Of a stretch of 64,000 nucleotides of DNA, positions 25,738-40,106 are shown one piece after another. The stretch spans positions 32,054,001 to 32,118,000 of the forward strand of contig OX597822.1 in NCBI GenBank assembly GCA_951406725.2, given 5' to 3'. The position numbers and the translations under genes were made by a program. Each line of letters begins with the position of its first letter. Positions within the stretch are counted from its first letter, which is position 1. Under the pieces are notes generated by a model that was given only the letters and a program-made list of their open reading frames with translations, had not been told where the DNA came from and ran no database searches. The stretch comes from Octopus vulgaris (taxonomy: Eukaryota).

Positions 25738-25740
<3 letters not shown>
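24735..25740 (-). mobile_element. 5'-truncated Penelope-like element: GIY-YIG C-terminus plus pLTR with HHR-like motif (24832-24869), flanked by (TA)n
   Basis: PVSRHFRSTGHSLQHLSVFGL..R..REQGLIFSLRSFTPFGLN is a typical PLE endonuclease end. It is followed by a pyrimidine-rich UTR and TCTTT-TTGTTGA-A-GAGA-GTAG-GCTC-GAAA-CGTA-AAAGA. Confidence 0.8.
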
Positions 25741-25794
<54 letters not shown>

Positions 25795-26780
25795 TTGATA
25801 GATAGATACATACATAGATATGTATGTATGTGTGTGTGTATGTACACAACCCACACATAACACAGACGCGTACGCACACACACACACACACACATACACA
25901 CATACATATATAATTGGATCGGGGATAGGATATACTTTTTAATGATACACAATTACAGCAATACGAACAGGAAGATTAAGTGTTAAATACGTCCTCCCAA
26001 GAAACAAAGATTTAAGAGCGTTCGTCCTAGTAAATAGAACAGCAAAAATTATTGGACACATACTCGTGCTCCTTAGCTTTGAATCTGATATAATATCATA
26101 TCATAAACCTACACTAGCATGACTTATACTAAATTGCCTATCGAATCTAATTAGATTTAGCTCAATTAAGTGTACGCTCAGGAAGAAAGTTAGACGGCTA
26201 AGATCTCACTGACGTTTATGCTGTCAGTTTTCTTATCATACTAAGAAGCCAGTTATTATTAATGAACACTTAATTCAAAATGATAATTGAAAAATTGCTA
26301 ACGAACATTATATTAGAACGATAGTCAAGGGTACCTCTACGAGTCACTAATATTCATTTCCAATTTAGGTCAAAATTGAAGAACTATCAATTATAAATGA
26401 TAATGGACCTTATGTCTCCTTGAGGGAACTTTTAAATGGAAAGTGTGTTAAGGAATTTTTCAAGTAATAAAATTCACCGAAATATTATGAAAAATATGTA
26501 GATAGAAACGGGAAGTAAGCGGGGAAGAATACTCAACAATCAAATTAGGCAAGACTAGTGATAAATATGTCATATTAGGATAATTCATGATATTTTATGA
26601 AGAAAATTCGATTGTATTTGATAGGTCACCGAATGAAAATATGATACGAGTGGAAAAAAAGCTAGAACACCAACATTTAACATAGCAACTATTCGGAGCC
26701 TGTAATCGTATCCGAAAGCGATGATGACCGAAACGTTTCAAGAATTTAAATAGAGGGGCGTGGCTGTGTAGTATATATAC

Positions 26781-26845
<65 letters not shown>

Positions 26846-26924
26846 TAAATGTATGCGTGTGTGTAAATATATACATACACACACATATATATATGTGTGT
26901 GTGTACAGATATCTATGTATGTAT

Positions 26925-27138
26925 TCTTTTGTTCTTTTATTTGTTTCAGTCATTTTACAGCAGTCATGCTGGAGCGCTGCCTTTAGTTGAAGAAATCGAG
27001 CCTAGGACTTATTCTTTGTAAGCTTAGTATTTAGTCTATCGGCTTCTTTTGCTAAATCGCTAAGTTACGGGGACGTAAACACACCAGCATTTGTTATCCA
27101 GTGATGGTGCGTTGGAAAACATGCACACACACACACAC

Positions 27139-27179
<41 letters not shown>

Positions 27180-27332
27180 CGGGTTTCTTTCTATTTTCGT
27201 CTGCCAAATCAGCTCAAAAGGCTTAGGTCAGCCCGAGGGTATAGTACGAGACACTTGCCTAATGTGCCACATAGTGGGACTGAACCCTGAACCATGTGGT
27301 TGGTAAGTATGCTACTTAACACACAGCCACTC
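26925..27332 (-). mobile_element. SINE family A, full length
   Basis: Head, central (AT)n and tail all present. Confidence 0.85.
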
Positions 27333-27583
27333 AAATGTATACACAATTAAGGTTACAATTGTTATAAACATTTTATCAAGTGGCCAGCATGTAATAAAAA
27401 ACATATAGGTAGCAATTAATACTATTATATAATTACAAAGATATGATTATGTAATAAAGACTGCTGATAAACAACACCAACATGCTAGAGACAGACGACA
27501 AAGGGCGCTAGAACTACCTCTTGCACTCCGTTAGCACAGGTCGAAAGCGAGAAACGAATAAAGATTTTTTAAAATAGTAGTTA

Positions 27584-27641
27584 ACTATAGATCGATTTCT
27601 AGCTTAGAGATATAAAATTCCTCTGCCGTCTTCAGTATAAT
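27584..27641 (-). ncRNA. Type I hammerhead ribozyme in a pLTR-like fragment (~27345-27700)
   Basis: Reverse complement ATTATA-CTGAAGA-CGGC-AGAG..CTCT-AA-GCTA-GAAA-TCG-ATC-TATAGT; palindromic ATCGAT stem III; AUC triplet. Confidence 0.7.
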
Positions 27642-27837
27642 ATGCCCACAGTACATAGATACTAGTAATTATACGTACCCCTAAGAATAACATATATCCA
27701 CACGTAAATATACATATGTTCCCACATATATACGAGTCTAATCTAATTTATTCACCTCAACCACATGCATTTACAATAAAAATAGCGCCGCAGTGAATAT
27801 AACTTGATCGGAATAACTAATATATATTTATACATAA

Positions 27838-28203
27838 CTAGCAGTATCGCCCGGCGTTGCTCAGGTTTGTAAGAGAAATAACTATATAAGCATTTTTAGA
27901 GAGTTATAGCGGAAAAATAGCAAAAAATGCATTAAAAATGGGAAAAAAATGATAATTTTTTTAAATCGTTGACTCATCGTAGACATTTTTAGAGAGTTAC
28001 TTCCCTTATATAATAGTATAAAAATGCATTAAAATGGAAAGAAATGATGGTAATTTCGTAGACGCGCGCTAATACCCAGAAGGGCTCGATATGAATCACG
28101 ACTATAAGATACCCGCTTTTGGTTAAACTGCACCTCAAAATGTGGGAGTAGTTAGGAATCTAAATCGTAGGAGACAGACACACAACTCTTTTATATATAA
28201 AGA
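27838..28203 (-). mobile_element. Non-autonomous Helitron
   Basis: Minus strand starts TC(TTTATATATAAAA) and ends with hairpin CCTG..CGGG followed by CTAG. Inserted between A and T with no TSD. Confidence 0.75.
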
Positions 28204-29893
28204 TTAAGGATAAAATCGTTATATTTTATCAAGTGACCAGTATGTAATAAAACCATACAGGTAACATTTAATACGATATATCATTATACAGATATAATTA
28301 TAATAAAGGGTGCTGATAACAATACCAACATGCTAGAGATAAACGCCAAATGCCGCTAAATCGACATCTTGCACTCCGTTAAAAATATCTTCTTTATTCA
28401 TTTTCTCTTCGTCTTTAGTTCAAATCTCACCGTAGCCTACTTGTGTCGTGCATCAGTTCAGAAACTTAGTTTAACACTGACCCTTGATGCTTGTGGAGAT
28501 GAAACAGTTTCAGGTACATTTATCAAAGGTGTCCATTTTGCTCAATGCACGCATTCAGATAAGGTTCCCAGTTTGAGACTACCCTCCTTGCTACAATTTT
28601 GAAAGTCATGTGTACTACAAACCTTCGTTACTGAGCAAAACCCTCTCCCTCAATGCCGATGAAACAAAGAAGCAGCCATGCTTTATATTCATTGTAAACT
28701 ATAGAGATTGAATCGATGCTGAAAGCAACTGAAAACATTTGCAAGATGTTCCTATGTTCTAAAGCAATGTACAAAATTATGTGAATATTCACAAGAATCT
28801 ATTTACATACTACAAGCATTCATGACTGGCCGTATGAGATGTATTGCTCTTCTTCCATTTACTGTTAACAGTCTGTTCTTTGATGTAACACAGTTCATTT
28901 GCGTGCAGAATGATTTGTCAAATTATTCAGCCTTTGGTGTATAAGTATAGAAAGATCGAGAATAACTCTTAGATCATATATGCACATCAGTTTTACACAA
29001 GTACACAAAACATCACACAAGTAAAGACAAACGCACAAAATACGCACGCATACACAAACACAAAAACGCGGACAGACACGCATATACACATTTGTACACA
29101 CTACGTACATGCTGGCTTCCATCGACATTAAGAAATTCCTACAAACATAACAGTTTGTTCCCCAGTCGTACATCCATTCTTTCTTTCACACACACGTACA
29201 CACACGCACATACAACATACACATTTACTCACACGCACCCACACCCTGTCTTTGCTTATAAACGTGTGTCTGTGTAAAAGATTAAATCTAATAAGAAGAT
29301 GAAAAGCAGAAAGACACATACACTACAAAGAACTCCATTTGTAGTCTTTATTTCCAAGAGGAAACTCCGTAGAATATATATATTCGATTCACTTTCCGAT
29401 CTTTAATTTATACTTATGCATGTGCAAACATAGATGTTTATATAAAGATTTCCACACAAGAATTAAAATAATAAAATAAGAACAGTAATAAACGACTGAA
29501 GAAAAAAATATATATATACAATGCATGAGTTTATTTGGCAAAAAAACGACCATCCCGAAATACAACAATATATATATAATACGATAGACAGAGAGAGAGT
29601 TTCACTTTTGTAGTGTATTCGTTATTATTTATTCTTAGTCACATGATGTAGATATCTGCAAATAGAACCTTATATTACAATGTTTCTTTACAAACTGCAT
29701 GATATTCTATCTGTAGGATGGAACTGTGATGTCTAGAATCATCAGTGTCTCTGTAACTTCTATTCCTTGATGATGAAAACCCAGCTGTGCAGTATTGGAG
29801 ATGAATCATCTTTCAAGTTCGAGCCAAAGTATAATATAACAAAATGTACTACACACACAAACACACACACACACACACACACACACTGCCACA

Positions 29894-29924
<31 letters not shown>

Positions 29925-30292
29925 TCATACATACAAATATGCGTGTATGTATATATGCATATATATATATTTATTTATATATCGTATAACTCTACTACTA
30001 ATATAGAATGAAATTTATTTTTTCAGAAAAAAAAAATCATCAAAATGTGGCAGCATATTAAAATACGTTTAAAGGTTAAAATTATAAACAACTTATAAAC
30101 AAGGGCAAAAGAAAATTATTTTTATGCCAATATGCTGATAACAGACTTTTAAATCATCAATTTCCACATATTATATACTCACTACAGAAGTACGTTGTAC
30201 TGAAATCGGGAAGCTAGTCAATAGAATTTATTTTTTAATTCGTTATTTCTATAATGAATCAATTTCGGAATTAATCTCAGAATTTTTAAAGT

Positions 30293-30390
<98 letters not shown>

Positions 30391-30403
30391 TGTGTGTGTC
30401 TGT

Positions 30404-30712
30404 GGAGGCGCAATGGCCCAGTGGTTATGGCAGTGGACTCGCGGTCGGAGGATCGTGGTTTCGATTCCCAGAGCGGGTATTGTGTGTGTTTATTGAGCGA
30501 AAACACCTAAAAGCTACACGAGATTCCTGCAGGAGGGTGTGGTGGCGACCCCTGTTGTACTCTTTCGCCACAGATTTCTCTCACTCTCTCTTCTTGTTTC
30601 TTGAATAACGCTGCATTGGACTGGCGTCCCATCCAGCTGGGGGGAAAGCATTTTCCACAGAAACCTGGAAACCGGTCCCATGAGCCTGGCTAGACCCGAA
30701 AAGGGCGACAAA
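30404..30712 (+). mobile_element. tRNA-derived SINE family C
   Basis: GGCGCAATGGCCCAGTGGTT (A box) and GGTTTCGATTCC (B box). A second copy is at 54591-54880. Confidence 0.85.
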
Positions 30713-30741
30713 AAAATATATATGCATATGTATCCCCGTCA

Positions 30742-30821
<80 letters not shown>

Positions 30822-31039
30822 CTCACTCTATCATCTATCTATCTATATTTATATAAGTGTTTGTGTTTGTACGTATGTGTGTGCGTGTTTTTGTATCTGT
30901 ATGTGTGTTTGTTTATAAACACACTCGGGTCAAAAATTCGTGTTACGTTGTAACTACATTATTCTAAATATAACCACAACAACACTAACAGCCATAACAA
31001 CGACATTTACAACTACTATCAACATTGATTTCTTTTATT

Positions 31040-31142
31040 AGTAAATATGAATATGATAACGATGACGACGACGACGGAAACAACAGCAGGGACAACAGTA
31101 GCAGCACCAACATCATTGTCAATAATAATAATGACAACAATA

Positions 31143-31176
<34 letters not shown>

Positions 31177-31221
31177 GGATGAGGATGATGATGATGATGA
31201 TCAAAATAATAATAATAATCA

Positions 31222-31252
<31 letters not shown>

Positions 31253-31301
31253 ATTAATAATAATAATAATAATAACAATAATAATATCAATATTAGTAAT
31301 A

Positions 31302-31359
<58 letters not shown>

Positions 31360-31415
31360 CAATAATAATGATGATGATGATGATGATGATCAAAATAATA
31401 ATAATAGTAATAATA

Positions 31416-31486
<71 letters not shown>

Positions 31487-31590
31487 CACTCGACGAGAAT
31501 CGGAAGAAAATTTGAAGAAAGAAGGAAAAAACATAATAATAATAATAATAATGATGATAATAATAATGACAATGGTAATAATAATGAAAA
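31040..31590. repeat. Compound (AAT)n/(GAT)n microsatellite
   Basis: Directly visible. Confidence 0.95.
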
Positions 31591-32054
31591 AGCCTAAATA
31601 ATCATATGTACGACACGCAAACCTTCAGTTATCGTATAAATAGTCATTAAATATTACTTTATTAGAAGAGATATTACACTTGTCACATCGTTCGAACATA
31701 ATCTAACCGTATATTTATGCGCGAATCCTGTATAGACCTCTCTCCATTTTATACATGTGTGTGTAAGTGTGTGTGTGTGTTGTGCGTGGATGTGTATGTG
31801 CGTACGAATATATTCATATGTGTGTGTGTGTATCTGTATTTATGCATACATCTTATACTATCTAAGTATAAATATTTACGTTGGGCTTGTTTCCTCAAGA
31901 TAGCGTGTTTCTCTATACATTTAGTGTCACGAAATATCTTAAATAATACCCGAAAAGTAACTTTAATGTTCATAAAAAACAAACACAAAGCTAGGAATAG
32001 TTTGATAAATCGTATACAAAATTCAATGAAAATTTCTATTGAATGAATGCACAC

Positions 32055-32102
<48 letters not shown>

Positions 32103-32284
32103 CATATATATATACATATATCTACATACATATATATATATATGTATATGTATATGTATATATATATGTATATATATGTATATATATATATGTATATGTA
32201 TATATATGTATATATATAAATATATATATATATGTATATATATATAGAGAGAGATAGATAGATAGATAGATTGATAATACGGAG

Positions 32285-32347
<63 letters not shown>

Positions 32348-33261
32348 TACAAAGATTGATATACACATGTATGCTCATTCCAATATACATACATATATAC
32401 GTACATATATACATAGTTATATACGTCCCTGCATACATGAATACATCCCACATATGTATGCACACAAACATATATGTATGTGTGTAAGCACACTGAGATT
32501 TTTTTACGTACACCATTCAATACATATAAAAGTAAATTCATATTTAGAGTGACAATTATATTGTAATATGCAAAAATTTGAGACAAAATAACATTGACTT
32601 TGAAAAATATATACTGGCTGTAAATTTTAAAAAATCAATATGTACATATTCATATATTTTTACCAGGGTAATTTACAAGTTTCTATGCGTAGCACTACTT
32701 TCAAAATAAAAATTGAAATGCCGTCATTATTAGAAGAGTGATGTAGGAAGTCATAAGAAATATTTATCGGTTATATATACGTGCACATATTTATATAAAA
32801 GCCAAACGTGTTTTCTTCAATACAGTTTCCTGCTTCTCGCTGTTAGAAGTCACAGATCCAGTACATGGACGTATGATTAGAATGTTGCAGGAATCATTAG
32901 ACGAACCTAGAAAGAGATGGTTGCTTAGTATCCATAGTCTCTGTTAGTCATGCTTGGAAATCTTGCTCGGAAGTTGACTGATGGCCGCTTGTGATACAAT
33001 TTTATGGACGAATAGCCTGAGGATTCTGTCTTAAGGACCCTCCAAGGACTAATGGACGAAGTTGATGTTTGGTTGAGTAGCTGCTTATACATGTATGTAT
33101 GTATGTATGTATGTATGTATGTATGTATGTATGTATGTATGTTTGTATGTATGTATACATGTATGTATGTATGTATGTATGCGTGCATGCATGTATGTAT
33201 GTTGTATTATGTATGTATGTACCTGCAAAGTATTAATGAGACTCACGAAGTAAAGAAAGGG

Positions 33262-33298
33262 CGTTTTTCGTTTCGAGCAAAGTTCTTCTTCAGAAACA
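33262..33298 (-). ncRNA. Degenerate minimal HHR in a short insert next to (TA)n
   Basis: Reverse complement TGTTT-CTGAAGA-A-GAAC-TTT-GCTC-GAAA-CGAA-AAACG. Confidence 0.55.
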
Positions 33299-33306
33299 TT
33301 TTGGAA

Positions 33307-33345
<39 letters not shown>

Positions 33346-33487
33346 AATATGGAACAGTAATAGAGAGAAAGTTCATGGTACAGCATTATATATATTTGAA
33401 AGTATGAATAGTCATAGCTTTTATTTTAATCTTAATAAATGTTTCCAGTGAGTTACTCTGATATGAGTTTCAAGCCTTTTGTAGGCT

Positions 33488-33896
33488 TTTATCTGTTTCA
33501 GTCATTTGACTGCGGCCATGCTGGAGCACCGCCTTTAGTCGAGTAAATCTACCCCACGACTTATTCTTTGTAAGCCTAGTACTCATTCTATTGGTCTCTT
33601 TTTGCCGAACCGCTAATTTACGTGGACATAAACACATCGGTTGTTAAGCGATGGTGGAAGGACAAACACAGCCACAAAAACTCACTAACACACACATACA
33701 TACATCCACCTATCCATACATACATATATACGACGGGCCTCTTTCAGTTTCTGTCCACCAAATCCACTCACAAGGCTTTGGTCGGCCCGAGGCTATAATA
33801 GAAAACACTTGCGCAAGGTATCACGCAGTGGGACTGAACCCGGTACCATGTGGTCGGTAAGGAAGCTTCTTACCACACAGCTACTCCTGCGCCTAT
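33488..33896 (-). mobile_element. SINE family A, full length
   Basis: Complete head, CORE-like CCTTG..CAAGTG segment, central simple repeat and tail. Confidence 0.9.
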
Positions 33897-35209
33897 ATTT
33901 CGTTTGATTAAATTGATTTTAAACCGCTCTTTCAGTTGCTGGTTAAGTGTGGCAGATTAATGAACTAAATGCCTTAGAATTTAGGATGGCTTATTAGGAA
34001 CTTGTGGTGACATGTAAAACTCAATATTGATAGAGATAATTCTTTTTATAAAGCTAATATTCTATAGAGAGATAATATAATATAACACTTCAGTGATGAA
34101 CATGAAACATTGCATTATTTTAGTTTCTTCCTCTATTGCACAAAAGATCAATATGATGAGCAGGTGGAATACCAAGTATCACTTACTATTCTGAGCAAAA
34201 ATAGATTTTGTAAACAATAATTCAAACTTCACATCGATGTTTTACAATGAACAGTACGTAAAAAATATCGCCGTACAAGGCATTCAGTGTATTTGTCATT
34301 GTGTAACAATTAAAGCAGTTATGCATTAAGACATAAAAAAAAGAGTTAGGTAGCAAAATGTACGAGACCTTTGCGATACACAGTCAAGATTAATTAACTT
34401 CAATCATGACGTCAATACTCACACAAAGAAAGTATAGACATCAACACTTCCTATTGAATAGTCTGAAAGAAATCAATATCTAATTAAGTACCAATCACGA
34501 AACATTTACAATTCAAAACAGGATAGATTTTGTTAATAATGTTTTACGATTAACTGGTGAAGAAGACAACACAGTAAACTACTCTTGATAAGTTGTTGTT
34601 GTTGTTTTTGATTATAGAGAGGTCAGCTCTTTTCTACTAGAAATATAATCAAAGGTGTGTCTTCTATATGTTGAGTATTTCCTTTACAGAGTGGACCTAA
34701 GGTTAAGTATTACCTAAATATGTCATTTTAATAAAACGGCGTTATCTGAAGGATATTTGTTTATTGTTTCTAGCAGGTTGAGTAAACAAGGTGGTTCCTT
34801 AGTTGACTCGAAATTCTACAGTACTAATTCAGAAATTACTAACGTAAATTTTAATGATGCCAATCGCACAAATATATAAAACTTTGCAATTAAAATTTTG
34901 ATACGGGGAGCAATTTCTACGAGATGTTTCTATCTGACATGTTTGTCCATGTACCAGATCATAAATGTCTTGGCCAGGTTTTGAGTTTTAGAGATAAAGT
35001 GACAGTTGTCCATCTATGCAAGTATCCCTCTCTACAATGAACAGTGTTCGAAGATCACTAATGTTAGGGGGACTGATGGTTTCCTGAAACTGAAGAGTGC
35101 AAAAGGATACGCTTCAATAAAAAGCAGCCAGTGACAGGTGTGTTTAACAGGACGTTTAAATAGACGATAGCATTTTTTAAACCTAAAAACTAAGAATTAA
35201 AACAAACAT

Positions 35210-36375
35210 GCTAATGATGTTTTGGAAACAACTTCCACATACAAGTGCTACCAGTCGAAATCACCGCATACCAGAAGCCAACAAGTGTATGGGGTCATCA
35301 GCAGAGAATGCGCGCCGTTTCGAATGGGCTTATCTTTCGACGGCAACATTGCGTACCGCCCTTCACCTTCTCACTGATAGGAGACCCCGCTTACTAAAGC
35401 ATCTGGTTATCAAATATAGCTCAATATTCTTCTAGCCATTGCTCATCATCTCTATTTAGCCAAATCCAGTGGCTAGCCTTTTCCACTGAGTTTGGATATC
35501 GTTCATGATCGTATTTACTTTACGATGAGTTAAGCCTAACGATAACAACAGTCGTCTCACACGGTGTCCAACGAATCCTCTGTATCCGACTTCGATTGGA
35601 AAACTCAACTGTTTCATTCTCCTGATTCTTCTGTTTTTTTTCCACGCTTTTCTTTTGCCAATTGGACATCATCCTTCACTCCAAATAATTCCTTTCCTGT
35701 ATCGTATATTGAACTTTCCCAGTTTCTCTAATATAGATCCTGTCATTTTATAACGAGCTTGACATAGCTTGTTCTCAAAATTTACACCTTCCTTTCTCAT
35801 TAGCAGCAGGCAATAGAATCCTCAGTTTCCTCCGAGTGCTATCTGATGTACCGGTCTCATAACCTGCAGCTTCCTGTCGGGAAGAGGTCATTTATCGATC
35901 TGCTGTGGCTTTAGTCAGGGGATGATTTGCAACGTGTTTTACGATCAGATGATCCACATTGCTCTGTTCGCTTCTTACAAGTCTTTTCCTGATGAATCTT
36001 CAAGCCTCTCTCAGTTGCATCCAATGTTGTTTGCACTTCGTTCGCTGTTTGAAGGAATAGCCGAATTCATGCCCAAGGTAATTTCTGTGTTAACTGGGTT
36101 TGAGTGATTCTCGACTCCCCCCACCTCTGTCAACCATGGGGCTGTCATTCTCATTGGGAGTTGCTACAACATGTTACAGAGGCAGGGATTGTAAGTCTGC
36201 AGCCTCCGCCAATCTTTCCTGGTGTCGATAGTCTTTCCCATTGTCAGATCGTCTTTCCGAGCAGTCTTCTTGTCTTTCCAAGATGCCTAACCCTCTTTCC
36301 GGAATGTTATTTGTTACCTATCACAAGATCTTAGATGTTTCGCAAACAACTTGCACATGCAATGCTACCAGTCTG
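35210..36375 (-). mobile_element. HERO-like RLE non-LTR retroelement, internally deleted (N-terminus joined to C-terminus)
   Basis: Conceptual translation gives RGLKIHQEKTCKK, LRILLPAANEK and IYDTGKELFGVK, then immediately FPIEVGYRGFVG..LLLSLGL..EKASHWIWLNRDDEQW. No RT motifs. Confidence 0.7.
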
Positions 36376-36423
36376 TACATATATATATATATGTGTGTGT
36401 GTATATTTATATGTATATATGTT

Positions 36424-36484
<61 letters not shown>

Positions 36485-36524
36485 GTATGTATGAATGTAT
36501 GTATGTATGTGTGTGTATACGTTT

Positions 36525-36730
36525 GTGTGTCTGTGTTTGTCCCCCCAACATCGCTTGACAACCGATGCTAGTTGTGTTTACGTCCCCGTAACTTAGCGGT
36601 TCTGCAAAAGTGACCGATAGAATAAGTACTAGGCTTACAAAGAATAAGTCTTGGGGTCGATTTGCTCGACTAAAGGCGGTGCTCCAGCTTGGCCGCAGTC
36701 AAACGACTGAAACAAGTAAAAGAGAGTAAA
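36525..36730 (+). mobile_element. SINE family A, 3' half
   Basis: Matches 14330-14552. Confidence 0.85.
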
Positions 36731-36800
36731 AAAAAGAGATATATAAATGAATAGATACGTACATAAGTACATACATACATAACCATACACACACACACAG

Positions 36801-36835
<35 letters not shown>

Positions 36836-37129
36836 CATGCAGAAATATATACGTCACTGGAATGACAATGGTCACTAATATGCAACAGTATTGCTAGAAA
36901 TAAGAGTCAAAACAACTTAATAGCCACAGAAGCACCATCGTAATGATTGACAAGGGAGGCAACAGATATAACAAGATCATCGATGATTTCGCATCTTGTT
37001 GCTCAGGCATCAAAATGTTTCTGCGGGCTCAGAGATTCATTATTATGTTGCTAGATGTAGTTCATCACAATATTCGGACTTAATGGAAGCAATCAACATT
37101 GGATAAGAGACTCGTCAAGAACACACACA

Positions 37130-37282
37130 GGACAGACGTCTTCGATTTTCCGTCTACCAAATCCATTCACAAGTCTTTGGCTGTTCAGATGTTAAAGAAC
37201 ACACTTAACCACGGTGCCATGCATTGGGACTGAATCCGAAAACATGTTGTTGGGAAGAAAACTTCTTACAACACAGCCATAT
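37130..37282 (-). mobile_element. SINE family A, 5' half, diverged
   Basis: CGTCTACCAAATCCATTCACAAG..GGGACTGAA..ACACAGCCA. Confidence 0.7.
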
Positions 37283-38011
37283 ACACAAATTTGCTTTTAT
37301 CCCTGGAACACGAAGTAGACAAAGCTATCAGTAAGAGCTTCTTAAATATCCAGTTAAAAACGAGGTTTTATGTTGTGACTTGAGTTTCACGACCCTGAAA
37401 TCATCAGGTGAGATCTGTTACTACTCGCTTTTGGTGATATGTCTATTTTCATTGGAATGTGTGCTGGTGCGGTCTCACGATTTTGTTTTTACACTTGCTT
37501 ACGTTTTGAGTTGAGTGTCTGTTAGTTTTCTGTCTCTTTATGCATTATGTTTTGATGAAGGCGACAAGTTTGTTATTATCTTATTAATTCTATATTTCTT
37601 TGTCAATTTAATTACGACTGGTATTTTTCATGTTTGATATAGAATACTCTTTAAGATACTGTGTTAAAGACTCTTATGAGATTAAATGAGAAACTAAATA
37701 GAAATTTTGTTATTGAGATGAGTGTGTGAGTCTGTGTGTGCGTATGAGTGTGTGTGAGTGTTTGTGTGAGTGAGCGAATGTTGATTCTTATGTATCATTC
37801 GCTAGCGACTTTGTGCCTAACTATATTCAACGGGTACTGACTTTATGGTCTTGAAAATGAAGTGACTACTACTAGGAACTAATATTTTGTTGCAGTATTA
37901 GTTTCGGAGACATACTTCTTAAGCTCAACACATTCGATGGGATTCCGCACAGTTTTATGCGCGCAAAATCCCATGCACAAACCATTCGTCAATCCTAAGA
38001 TCCAGTATTAA

Positions 38012-38257
38012 TATTGGGTTGGTGCATAATTACTGCGGCTATTCTTCAACAAATTTTACTCAACAAATACAATAACAATATTTAACAAAACTATCTTTAA
38101 ATGACGGTCTGACCGTCTGCCAAGCAAATGGGAATCAGTAATTGAAGTAGATGGTGAATATGCTCCGGAATAATCACTTAAAGATGTTAAATGTTAATGT
38201 ATTTGTTGAATAAAATTTGTTGAAAATAAGCCGCAATAATTATGCGCCAACCCAATA
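38012..38257 (+). mobile_element. Mariner-derived MITE
   Basis: TIRs TATTGGGTTGGTGCATAATTA.TGCGGCT / AGCCGCAATAATTATGCGCCAACCCAATA with TA ends. Retains the transposase C-terminus DRLPSKWESVIEVDGEYAPE*. Confidence 0.9.
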
Positions 38258-38280
38258 ATAATAAATATTATTCTTTGAAA

Positions 38281-38475
38281 TTTTGGCACAAAACTATTAA
38301 TTGTGGGGGAGAGAATATATTGATTTCACCGATCTCAGTGCTGAACTCGTATTATTTTATCGTTCCCGATTTGATGAAAACAAAGTCGACCGCGTTTGAA
38401 CACAGAATGTAAAGACGGACAAAATGCCGCTATGTTTCTCTGTCAGATTACTAACGATTCTGCCAGTTCACCGCA
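38281..38475 (-). mobile_element. SINE family B, diverged
   Basis: AAAGTCGACC..TTTGAACACAGAATGTAAAGACGGAC..CTGCCAG. Confidence 0.65.
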
Positions 38476-38524
38476 GTAGAAATAAACTATTATAAAATAA
38501 ATAAATAATAAAAACATGTACACT

Positions 38525-39005
38525 GTTTTATCTTAGTATAAAAAGATGGGCTATAGCAAATATTCTACTCAATACCACAAATACGCTTGTCAGTTGTTTG
38601 ACTTTATCCAGTTGACGATATCCCACAGTGGCTGATGATATGTGCATCTCTGGGCACGAGTAGAAGTAGGGGGGGAGCATCATAGTCATGTGTTGAGACG
38701 GATTCTTTGGGGTTTGAATAATTCACCTCTGGAAACATGGGTGGTTCATTCAACATCCTTAAACAACCGTTATTCAAGGACCTTTTGAGCGGGATGGGTT
38801 ACTCAACCAGAAGAAAATTCTAACTGGGCCCCACCTACATGGTCATGTGCTGTTTATCTTGATATGGGATCACCATGTCGAGCACATATTGTTGTGATGC
38901 ATGTGCCTAGTGTACCCTTATCAGACGGGTAGTCATGATGGTTATACTGGGCTTCACATATTTTACCCCAGTGTCACTTTGATGGCATGCACTGCTCTCT
39001 TACTC

Positions 39006-39050
<45 letters not shown>
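38525..39050 (+). mobile_element. Probable 3' UTR of a non-LTR retroelement ending in an (AAT)n tail
   Basis: GC-richer non-coding block terminating abruptly in CTC(AAT)n, like the R4/Dong ends elsewhere in the window. Family not assignable. Confidence 0.5.
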
Positions 39051-39078
<28 letters not shown>

Positions 39079-40068
39079 CCGACTACGACGACGATGATGA
39101 TGATGATGATGATGATGATAATAATAATAATAATAATGATAATAATAATAATAGTAATAGCCACTGGTTCGAAATACTGCGCAGCTGGATCGAACACACT
39201 GTGGAAGTGGACTTAAAAAACTTACTGTTATGATGGCGACTAAGATTATCTCTTAATAATCGTGGTTATCAGGTAAGTTCGGGACACAATACTAAGCACT
39301 AACTTTATAAGACACTTGATAAACACTAACAGATGTCAGTTGAAATAAATCTGAAATAAGAATGATATATTCCATTATGCTGAAGGCTAACGTTTAGTAA
39401 CAGAGTTAATAAGTAATTGTTATCAGCATTGCAGTTGTCTTATTTTTTGTTTTGTTTTATGACATACGATTTTGTTTCTCTTCTCCATCGTACACTGTAT
39501 TTCTCAACCATTGTTCACAGACCAGTTATTTATGAGCAAAATATAATAAAAACAAATTCTATATGAAACTGAAATCCCATTATCACAGACAATGAATAGT
39601 CATAGAAAAAATCATTTTAAAACTTTTGGTAATGATGAAGATGAAAAAATACATAACCAGACATCTCGAATATAAACGAACGAAGAAAATTACTTTCTGA
39701 CTTCGCTTAAAAATTTTCATTCAGGATTACTTGAAAATGATATTTTCACTGCTTCTTATTTTATTTTATAAAAATAAACATTATAATTCATTTTAATATT
39801 TGAAAAATTACGGTAAAAAATTATAGAAACGAATAGCTATAAAGTATATTGATGTATTTACTTTAAATGAGGGTGAGAAGATATTCCTCCTGAGAAACGG
39901 TGCTAGCTTTTGAAATTTATGGAAATAGAAAGAAAAAATTTCCAAAATGATCCATGTAGAACAAACTCTATATGAAATATACACGGACGCATATACATGC
40001 GCATACAAAATTTTCAATATACACATGCATATGAACATACACACATACATATGAATGCATTATATATA

Positions 40069-40106
<38 letters not shown>

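Noticed and set aside
28390-28890. Possible host exon or Tx1/L1 zinc-knuckle relic (ACGDETVS..CP)
   Set aside because: Too degenerate to assign without a database search; no clear splice-bounded ORF.
30404-30480. tRNA gene
   Set aside because: A and B boxes are present but the cloverleaf is imperfect, and it continues into a SINE body with a paralogue at 54591-54880.
31019-31601. Long poly-Asn/Asp/Ile ORFs
   Set aside because: Translations of an (AAT)n/(GAT)n microsatellite, open in several frames and on both strands.
35288-35330. CGAAAC...CTGATGA on the minus strand as a permuted hammerhead in the HERO-like 3' UTR
   Set aside because: The flanks needed for stem II (GCCCATTC / CCCCATAC) are not complementary and no stems I or III can be drawn.
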